IMG/VR virus record: IMGVR_UViG_3300020598_000119
Length of the DNA: 64,000 nt
Strand: one strand, 5' to 3'
Source: a virus
Lineage: Duplodnaviria; Caudoviricetes
Under the pieces are notes generated by a model. The model ran no database searches. It was not told where the DNA came from and was given only the letters and a program-made list of their open reading frames with translations. This document shows, piece after piece, positions 56,521-64,000 of the stretch. The position numbers and the translations under genes were made by a program. Positions within the stretch are counted from its first letter, which is position 1. Each line of letters opens with the position of its first letter.

Positions 56521-59500
56521 TTGAATAACGACAAATATGACATGGGTTTTGATGATGAGTTTGATGATGAAAATCTCGACGACATCCCCGTGTTTGACGA
56601 GGACGAAATTCCGGAGGAGCTGTTAGCGGCCCTCCCTTCTGACACTGACAAGGAATTCGAGACAGCGGTCGAGCACATGTATCGACCCAATGAATCGATC
56701 TTTGGCGCGGTCGCTCGCGACATGGTCAAAGCGGGCTGGTCCATTTTCCCTCAGGAGATCGACGGCAATCGTCGTCCTGGCACCGTTGACGGTCGAATGA
56801 TCAAGTGGTCGGAAGATCACAAACTGGCGACCCAGCTCCCGACCGATGCTGCACTCGATAAGTGGACCGCGCAGTGTCCAAGCCTCAACGTGGCTGTCGT
56901 TCTCGGGGCTGGTAGTGGCTACTCCCTCGTACTCGACGTCGATATTGTGGAGCCAGAACTGAGCCGTCAGGTTCAGGAGCTGGCGGACAAGATGTTCGGC
57001 TACACGCCATTCCGTCGTATTGGTAACTGGCCCAAGATCGCTCTGGTCTATCGCCATGACCCAGATGACGAGATTCCAAACCGCTCGCCAAAATTCGTGC
57101 CATTCGACACACCTGAAAATCCAGACAATGTCGATCAAGGCCTCGAAGTCATTTCTGACGGCAAGCCAATGACGTTTTATGGCAAGCACCACAAAACTGG
57201 TCGCTACTTCCAATGGCTCGACGCAAATCCTCAGTTCTTCGGACCTGAAGACGCACCGCTCGTAACTTCGCAGCAAATCAACGATTTTTTCGATGCCGTC
57301 GACAGCCTACGTCAATTTTCGAAGTCTGCTTCGTTTGACGGACCCATGGCGACATGGGAATGGGATGAAGATGCCCAGATCAACGTCCCAAAGATCCGTG
57401 CCGCTGCGGGTGCCAAGGACTGGACTGAAGATGAAAATGGCAAGGTTGTTGACGGTCGTGAAGCCTATCTGACACGCCTCGCTTTCCGTATCGTGACGGC
57501 AAACCCAGGAACATCGACAACACCTCAGGGCAGAGAAACTCTCGTCAAGATTGTCGTTCAACAATTCATAGACACTGCAGAATGCTCAGGCCGCTGGAAA
57601 GGCAACAACCTTATTCGCGAAGCCAAGTCCAAGGTAAATCGTACTGCCGAGAAGATGAAGGCTGGCCAAATCAAGCCGTTCGTTCCAGCTCGCGACAGCC
57701 AAGGCGATTATATCATTGCGTCTACCGCTCGTGACTATGTGCCTGCGCAGCCTCGCAATCCTGAAGGTGACTCTCTCGATTTTCTGCCACCTTTCGTCGA
57801 TCCGACATCTCCAAATTTCAATCCGAACGCGCCTAACCAAAGGCGTCCAATGCGAATTGAAGTGCTCGGCCACAGCCAAGAAGCCTTCGAAGAGCGCAAA
57901 ATCGAAGAAGACCGTACACGGATCGCAAAAAGCGTTCAGGACGGCCTCTTAAAGGCGTTCAACAGTTTCTGGGATGAAGTCTACGACATGGATCGTCGCG
58001 AATCACGCATCCACATCCTCAAGGCTCCTACGGGTGCTGGTAAGACGTCGCGCGGCATTTCGTTCGTCGCAGAAGACCCGCGCACCAAGGAAGAATATAC
58101 GATCTTTGGCTCAGACGGTGAGATCGAACACCAAGGCCGTTGCCCCGTGCTGTTCCTCCTGCCCACCTACGACAACATCGAAGAACTCCGCCACCGTTCT
58201 CAGGTGCTGAACCTCGATCCCACTCTGAGTGATGAAGACTTGCGTGCTCAGGCAGAATCAATGGGATTGATCCACGCAGATGCTCTCGCGGGTAAGATCG
58301 AAGAACTTCGTCGGGATGCCAAAAATGCAGGCCTGACAACCATGCTCTATCAGGGCAAGCTGCGCGCTGGTTGCCAGATGAAAGAGAAGATGGAAATCGC
58401 TATGGCTGCAGGCATGGGTACGTCACGCCTGTGCAAGGCTGATATCCCAACTAAAGAGAAGGATGATAACGGCAAAACGATCATGGATACCAAGTTTTGC
58501 CCCTTCTACGAAGGATGCCCCGCCATCACGCAGAAAGAGCAGATTCAGAACTCTCACGTCGTTTTCTTGCCGCACGCGTTCTTGGCCCTAAACATTCCTG
58601 ACGAGCTGAAGCACGTCCGCGCCGTGGTGGCAGACGAACGCATCCATCATCTCTTCCTGCACACGACTGAATTTGATCTCGACATCTTCACCTCCCCACG
58701 TAAGCCGCCAAAGCTCACAAAAAAGGAGAAAGAAGCTGGAGAAGATCCAACGTCGTTCAACCCGTTGCGCCTGAAAGCAGCGGGCATTGTAAATCGTGCG
58801 TTGTTGACCAATAAGGACCCTGCTGAGGAACTCCTTAAGGCACAGTTGGAGATTATAAAAAATCTTCCCGAATCGCTGACCCCAGAACAGCGAAGAATCG
58901 AAACCGAGCGAGTATATACATGGATAAAGGCGGCACTTCGCACTTGCGGAGCGTCTCTACAACGCGACGGTGACATTACGCCAGACATCGATATGGAAGA
59001 ACTGCGCATCCTCTGCTCCCAGCCAACTGGCGTACAGGTTCGTGAAGAGCATCGTTTCTGGAAAATCGTCGAGGAACGCTACCTCATGCGCTTGGAAGAA
59101 TACCAGAATGAGCGACTGAGTCCGAATTTTAAACGCAAAACTAAAGGCGACCGAGACTATCGTATCCAGTACGTGGAAGATGTTCGGCCCAATGGCGAAC
59201 CGCATCCAAAAATCCGCATTTCGTGGCGCGACACCCCAAACTGGGTAAACCGCCCAATGCTCCTTCTTGACGCGTCTGCCGCTCCTGAAATGATCAGCAA
59301 AATCTGGTCGGGCAAAGAAGTCGAAGTTCACGACATTCCCGCCGCACTTAACGTGCGAACGGTTGCTATCGCAGATCGAACCTATTCGAACTCCTCGGTA
59401 ATCGCAGCACCTAGTGCATCTGCACAAGACAAGCAGGCGTCAGCGAAAATTCTGACGAACATTCGCCGCGCAATCAGCGCAGTATCAGCTCTATATGGAT

Positions 59501-60828
59501 GGAGCCGCACAGTTGCTGGTGGATCGATCCTCGTCCGACGTGCTGTCAACATGGCTTGGGAAGGCCCACACAACGTCGATTGGTGTCACTTTGGAGCTAT
59601 GCGCGGTCTCGACTTTGCAAAGTACCATTCTGCAGCAATCTCGGTAGGCCGCATGGAGCTACCAGTTCGCACGCTTGATGGTCTGGTTGCGGCATTGACC
59701 TATGATGACGATGAGCCGGAAAAGCCATTCGACAGCCTTGGCACAGGCCTCGGCCGCGATAACCAACCATTGCGAATTCCAACTGGCACGCAACGCATCA
59801 AGATGCGCTCCGGCCACGACATCAACATGCCCGTACCGATGTTTCCAGGTAAGTGGGGGCGCATGATCCAGCGTCAGTACCGCGAGGAAGAACTCCTGCA
59901 GTTCCTCGGTCGTCTGCGTCCGGTGTATCGTGAAGGTATGGCTCCCATCTGGTTTAGCCTGTCGTCGGTTATCCCTGAGGAAGTGATCGTCGACGACCTG
60001 ATCAACATGGAAGACCTGGTCAAGGCAAACACAGGCTCAGTTTGGGAAGCTATGCGTCGTTCGCATGGCATTCTGGACTCTCGTATTGCGGCGGATGTCT
60101 GTGACGATCTCTTCGCTTCTCAAGAACGTGTCTGCTACTTCATGAAGCAGCTTGGCATGAATGACAAAACGGGTGAAATCGACCGTCGCGTAGCTTGGGG
60201 GATCGTATCTTATCGTTGGAAAACGAAATCTGGTGAAACAGGGCATTCATTCGTAAGGGCTGATCTAAAAGATCGCGACGAGGCGTTACGTAACGCCATC
60301 GAGAAGCACATGGAAAGTTCCGTGGTTTCGCTGGAGCAATTGTCGACGCCGCTGCCACAAACTCTCGCCATGGGTCGCAAGGTCGATAAAATCGAAGACG
60401 CACTCGGGACCCATGATGCTCGTCGCGTGATTGAAGAGCAAAATGCACTAGAAAGTGCGATTGCGATTCTCATGTCGACGCCACCAGAGGCCATAGAGCA
60501 TTTGCGGGCCAACAACCTGCGCACGCGTCAGGTTCCGGTCTCGGTGCCGAGTGGAGTGACATACGAGGACGACAAGACAGGGTCAAAGGAAAGCCGGATC
60601 AGCCTGATTGAAGCTGAAACCCGTTTGGCGATTTCAAAGCTATGGTCAACACTGGGCAAGGCAAAGGTCGAAAAGGAAGATCTGGGCGCTGAAGCTGCCA
60701 TCCTTCACGCTGAAACTGGCGTGGCAACAGAGGATACCTATGAGAGCGCTGGCGCGTCGACAAACGACGATACTGGTGAGTTCCAGATCATGGTATTCGA
60801 TAATGAGGACATTTCTATTCCGTATTGA
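56521..60828 (+). CDS. Prim-Pol (AEP) primase-polymerase fused to an XPD/DinG-like SF2 helicase
   Basis: GWSIFP, NVAVVLG...VLDVD, GKHHKTGRYFQW; APTGAGKT, LLPTY, four-Cys cluster, VVADE, LLDASA, RGLDF, QFLGRLR. Confidence 0.8.
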   Translation: MNNDKYDMGFDDEFDDENLDDIPVFDEDEIPEELLAALPSDTDKEFETAVEHMYRPNESIFGAVARDMVKAGWSIFPQEIDGNRRPGTVDGRMIKWSEDHKLATQLPTDAALDKWTAQCPSLNVAVVLGAGSGYSLVLDVDIVEPELSRQVQELADKMFGYTPFRRIGNWPKIALVYRHDPDDEIPNRSPKFVPFDTPENPDNVDQGLEVISDGKPMTFYGKHHKTGRYFQWLDANPQFFGPEDAPLVTSQQINDFFDAVDSLRQFSKSASFDGPMATWEWDEDAQINVPKIRAAAGAKDWTEDENGKVVDGREAYLTRLAFRIVTANPGTSTTPQGRETLVKIVVQQFIDTAECSGRWKGNNLIREAKSKVNRTAEKMKAGQIKPFVPARDSQGDYIIASTARDYVPAQPRNPEGDSLDFLPPFVDPTSPNFNPNAPNQRRPMRIEVLGHSQEAFEERKIEEDRTRIAKSVQDGLLKAFNSFWDEVYDMDRRESRIHILKAPTGAGKTSRGISFVAEDPRTKEEYTIFGSDGEIEHQGRCPVLFLLPTYDNIEELRHRSQVLNLDPTLSDEDLRAQAESMGLIHADALAGKIEELRRDAKNAGLTTMLYQGKLRAGCQMKEKMEIAMAAGMGTSRLCKADIPTKEKDDNGKTIMDTKFCPFYEGCPAITQKEQIQNSHVVFLPHAFLALNIPDELKHVRAVVADERIHHLFLHTTEFDLDIFTSPRKPPKLTKKEKEAGEDPTSFNPLRLKAAGIVNRALLTNKDPAEELLKAQLEIIKNLPESLTPEQRRIETERVYTWIKAALRTCGASLQRDGDITPDIDMEELRILCSQPTGVQVREEHRFWKIVEERYLMRLEEYQNERLSPNFKRKTKGDRDYRIQYVEDVRPNGEPHPKIRISWRDTPNWVNRPMLLLDASAAPEMISKIWSGKEVEVHDIPAALNVRTVAIADRTYSNSSVIAAPSASAQDKQASAKILTNIRRAISAVSALYGWSRTVAGGSILVRRAVNMAWEGPHNVDWCHFGAMRGLDFAKYHSAAISVGRMELPVRTLDGLVAALTYDDDEPEKPFDSLGTGLGRDNQPLRIPTGTQRIKMRSGHDINMPVPMFPGKWGRMIQRQYREEELLQFLGRLRPVYREGMAPIWFSLSSVIPEEVIVDDLINMEDLVKANTGSVWEAMRRSHGILDSRIAADVCDDLFASQERVCYFMKQLGMNDKTGEIDRRVAWGIVSYRWKTKSGETGHSFVRADLKDRDEALRNAIEKHMESSVVSLEQLSTPLPQTLAMGRKVDKIEDALGTHDARRVIEEQNALESAIAILMSTPPEAIEHLRANNLRTRQVPVSVPSGVTYEDDKTGSKESRISLIEAETRLAISKLWSTLGKAKVEKEDLGAEAAILHAETGVATEDTYESAGASTNDDTGEFQIMVFDNEDISIPY

Positions 60829-60845
60829 TCGTCCATACCTGAAAC

Positions 60846-60877
60846 ATAAAAAAGCTGGCGGGAGCCAGCTTTTTTAT
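60846..60877. terminator. Bidirectional terminator
   Basis: ATAAAAAAGCTGGC-ggga-GCCAGCTTTTTTAT. Confidence 0.85.
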
Positions 60878-60881
60878 GAAT

Positions 60882-61736
60882 TCATCGACGATTTCTTGAG
60901 TGCCATTTGCCGAGGACGTCAGGCGCATCAAGACGGCGCGGATATCCTTCACCATTTGCCGCGATCATCTTACGAACGGCTGAATGCCCCTTGCCAGTCT
61001 CTGGATATGTCAATGTGATTTCGACGCCATATTGCAACTCATCGTACCCTTGCCCTGGCTTATCGGTGCGTGCGGTGACGAGAAATGGCCAGCAATGGAT
61101 GGGCATCGGGACGATTGTCGGATCAGCAGCCTTCACGAACGAGAACTCAGCGAAGACCATATTGCCAACGACAAGGCCGAGTTGGTCCGCTTCCTCCGGA
61201 TGAAGGTGCAGGGTTCCCTTGGTCGTGCGACCGACATAGGGTTCTGTGGCTTTCTCAAAGACAGCCTTATCTTCATCCGCCATGCGCTTGATCAGAGGCA
61301 TCACGATCTTGGCGTTTGCGTCACGCGCTGGAATATTCCAGGTCGTCTCACGCGGCTGACGCCCCTTGCGCTTCATCATCTCATGCAGCGTCCAGTTCGC
61401 AACATGACCGTCTGGAAGTGTGATCCGAAGACCACCAGCACCAAACTTGATCGCATATTTCTTTGAGACGCATGCAAAAGCGGAGAACTTCCCTACCGCC
61501 TCTCGCCAGCCATTGGGAGCATGCGACCACAATTCCTTTTCGAAGGCCTCAACAACACTCTCTTCGGTGTTCTTCGTCAGGCTCGGAATAATCACCCACG
61601 ATTTTCTGTCCCCGTTAAATTGAGCCTTAAATCTCTTAGACATCCCTCTAAGCTCACCATGTTCGAATGGGAAAAACACCTCTATGCGGTCAGCATCAAC
61701 GGATAATGTGACGGAACCAAAGTCTACGGTCGGCAT
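60882..61736 (-). CDS. Hypothetical protein with N-terminal HARP/DUF5710-like segment
   Basis: FPFE...KAQFNGDRKSWVI; AAGGAG RBS. Confidence 0.65.
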   Translation of the reverse strand: MPTVDFGSVTLSVDADRIEVFFPFEHGELRGMSKRFKAQFNGDRKSWVIIPSLTKNTEESVVEAFEKELWSHAPNGWREAVGKFSAFACVSKKYAIKFGAGGLRITLPDGHVANWTLHEMMKRKGRQPRETTWNIPARDANAKIVMPLIKRMADEDKAVFEKATEPYVGRTTKGTLHLHPEEADQLGLVVGNMVFAEFSFVKAADPTIVPMPIHCWPFLVTARTDKPGQGYDELQYGVEITLTYPETGKGHSAVRKMIAANGEGYPRRLDAPDVLGKWHSRNRR

Positions 61737-61894
61737 GAAAACTCCTTATTTCGACAAAAATTGTAAGCGGGATGAGAATTTGTCGCAATAATCCGTTTTT
61801 TCTTGATTTTCCTGATTCTTGTCCACATTTTTATTGACATAGAAAATGTGTGGTGCACAATTTAAAGGAAATATCCAACACCAAGGAACGAGTA

Positions 61895-62686
61895 ATGACC
61901 AAAAAGATCAGCACAATTATCGGCTCAGACAAGGGCGGCGTCGGCAAGTCCATGATCGCGCAGATCATGACCCTGATATATGACAAGGGAGGCTTCCCGC
62001 TTCAGGTCATCGAAGTCGACAATCAGCGCAAACTGTCGTCCGTTCTGGGCAAGGATCGCATCAATGTTTCGCTCTCAGCGACACCCGATCTTGAGGACAT
62101 TAGCCGTCGACCACATCAGGCTGAAGCTTTTTTCAATCCGGCCTACATCGAATGGACCAAGGGCGCGTCGTTGACCGATCTCGGTGCTAACGTCACGTCC
62201 TCACTGCTGGCTTGGGTCCGCCACTGCGATATTACCCAGCTCGCCGTTGAAGACGGCATCCACATCCAGTTCGTTGCATGCGCTTCGCCCGACGAGCAGG
62301 CCCTTCGCTCGGCACTGTCGGCAATCGTGGACGCCCGCAACACTCTTGGTGTTTGCGCCAACTATTTCATCGTTCTCAACGAGATGGTGGGTTACAGCGG
62401 CTTTGACCCCTATACCAACAGCGAAAGCTACAGGGAAATCCAGGCAATGGCTCAGCGCGACGAGCTAACCATAATTGACATTCCTTACTGCGACAGCCGC
62501 CTCTTCGAACATGGCAAGGCGATGAACCTCGACATGGTTCAGATCGTCCATGAATCAGACAAGATCGCAAAGGCTGCTGGCTTCGACATGGTCACGACCC
62601 GCGTCCACAAGCGCAAAATGATGGAATGGCTCAAGCAGACCCAGAAGAACATGGAACCGTTGCTACAATCGCCAGAGGCCGCCTAA
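61895..62686 (+). CDS. ParA/MinD-superfamily ATPase (StbB/TraL-like)
   Basis: SDKGGVGKS, IEVD, TDLGAN, IVLNE. Confidence 0.8.
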   Translation: MTKKISTIIGSDKGGVGKSMIAQIMTLIYDKGGFPLQVIEVDNQRKLSSVLGKDRINVSLSATPDLEDISRRPHQAEAFFNPAYIEWTKGASLTDLGANVTSSLLAWVRHCDITQLAVEDGIHIQFVACASPDEQALRSALSAIVDARNTLGVCANYFIVLNEMVGYSGFDPYTNSESYREIQAMAQRDELTIIDIPYCDSRLFEHGKAMNLDMVQIVHESDKIAKAAGFDMVTTRVHKRKMMEWLKQTQKNMEPLLQSPEAA

Positions 62687-62713
62687 TCCTTCAGAGAAGA
62701 CGAGGAGAATAGC

Positions 62714-63292
62714 ATGACACGCAGTCTGAACTCCCCTCTCTTCTCCGAAGAAGACTTCGCAATGGCTGAACAGGACGTTCGCGAAGCGATGGCTATGAAG
62801 GCGAGAAATACGTCTGTCACCATCCCAGTCGCAAAACCTGCGGCGACGGCCGAACTCAAGACAGCCAACGCAATAGTCCCGTTACCCCCTCATGAAACGA
62901 AATCGGCATCGCCCGTTGACGACATGATGGATATGAAAGGGATACTCACGAAGCTTCTCAATGAAGAGACCCTCGACGTTAAAAATGCAGCCGAAGGTGC
63001 GACTTCGGCTCTGCCGTCCAAACCAACTTTAGAGCCATCTGCAGTTCACAAAATACCGGAGTTTCTGAAGCGAGAAAAAGCCGAGGATCACCTCGATATG
63101 AACGAAGGCTTTCGGATCGTTCAACGAAGCCAAACCGAGAAATCTGGAATTTCTTGGAAACTTCCATATGCGGTTATTGGATCGATAATAACTGCAGCTT
63201 CTATGATTTCAGGAATTGGCTTCCCAACGTTGTTTGCGGTTATCACAATGGCTCCGCTCATCGATGCCGAGTTCTATAAACGGAGCCATTGA
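62714..63292 (+). CDS. Hypothetical protein with C-terminal membrane anchor
   Basis: GAGGAG RBS; C-terminal hydrophobic hairpin. Confidence 0.7.
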   Translation: MTRSLNSPLFSEEDFAMAEQDVREAMAMKARNTSVTIPVAKPAATAELKTANAIVPLPPHETKSASPVDDMMDMKGILTKLLNEETLDVKNAAEGATSALPSKPTLEPSAVHKIPEFLKREKAEDHLDMNEGFRIVQRSQTEKSGISWKLPYAVIGSIITAASMISGIGFPTLFAVITMAPLIDAEFYKRSH

Positions 63293-63298
63293 GTGAAA

Positions 63299-63874
63299 TT
63301 ACATTCCAGGCGGCCTGCCAAAAGCTTTCGCCTGGGATCGCAGCGCAGACTGAACTGGTTTTGCAATGGTCGAACCAAGAAGACTTTCGGTAACAGAAAT
63401 CTCATGAACGATTTTCTTTAAATCATTCAGACTCGCTTCCCCAGGCCGTTCAGGAAAAACATTGAGGCGAGGCTTATACGTTCCACGCCGTTTTTTCATT
63501 CGCGAAGGCGTAAACGACGGCAGACCACCTTTCGATTTTGTGTTCTCAGGCTGGTCAAGATTGAGAGCGTCACGCACGATAGCGTCAGCCTCGGCAAGGA
63601 AGTCACCTTTCACTTGCACGAAACGGAGCAGCCCATCAATAGCTGCTCTAAGCTTGACAGGATCATTGATACCTTCTGGACCAGTAACATCCTTCCCGTC
63701 AGACACCGCACCTGATGCATCCACGGCTTCAAGTGCAATTTGAACCTGCTTCAGCTTGTCCGCAAACTCACTGGTGTCGCCAGAAATTCGAATGCATTTC
63801 GGAGCAGGATTTCCGGTCAGCTCGATGCCAAGCGCCCTGACGCATTCTATCAAATCATGAATTTCTTTCTTCAT
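63299..63874 (-). CDS. Hypothetical protein
   Basis: 191-aa ORF. Confidence 0.65.
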   Translation of the reverse strand: MKKEIHDLIECVRALGIELTGNPAPKCIRISGDTSEFADKLKQVQIALEAVDASGAVSDGKDVTGPEGINDPVKLRAAIDGLLRFVQVKGDFLAEADAIVRDALNLDQPENTKSKGGLPSFTPSRMKKRRGTYKPRLNVFPERPGEASLNDLKKIVHEISVTESLLGSTIAKPVQSALRSQAKAFGRPPGM

Positions 63875-64000
63875 TTTTCGACCCCATTTTCACCTCGAAA
63901 TCATGACTGCTATTTATGAAGAGGTCAAATTTCCAGATGTAAATTGAAATTATTTTAGCAAGGCCACTTGCGGAAACGTTTTTTACAGGGCTAGCTTAGT

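Noticed and set aside
1-64000. Prophage or jumbo-phage origin; IS elements; tRNA or rRNA genes
   Set aside because: No virion, terminase, integrase or transposase motifs and no tRNA/rRNA signatures were recognised; transfer, pilus and partition genes favour a plasmid-like replicon

Overview
This window looks like backbone of a large conjugative alphaproteobacterial (Rhizobiales-like) megaplasmid or secondary replicon. The host call rests on a MucR/Ros protein, an Omp25/RopB-like barrel and a perfect CtrA box. It holds the end of an IncI/Dot-Icm-like transfer cluster (TraW/IcmX-like) plus topoisomerase IA, and an RHH + ParA partition pair. DNA-processing genes include ExoI, RecQ, an ERI-like exonuclease, UvrD, RecJ, ScpA/ScpB and a 1435-aa Prim-Pol/XPD-DinG-like helicase fusion. 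There are also two AT-hook chromatin proteins, a type IV pilus cluster, an intein-split Dcm-like methylase, ProQ/FinO and an ADP-ribosylglycohydrolase. The most striking non-genic signal is a cryptic ~1.8-kb array at 7755-9551 of roughly 195 highly degenerate, strictly phased 8-bp units (quasi-palindromic consensus YTGNCAR-N). It lies directly upstream of the RHH-parA operon, and in-phase satellite copies occur at 40010-40073 and 55141-55212. Other highlights are four pilin-like proteins with no class III leader peptide, an MshEN c-di-GMP module on the pilus ATPase, and a ~330-nt structured ncRNA candidate inside the pilin cluster. No CRISPR array, tRNA, rRNA or transposase was recognised. All assignments come from motifs read by eye, with no database searches.
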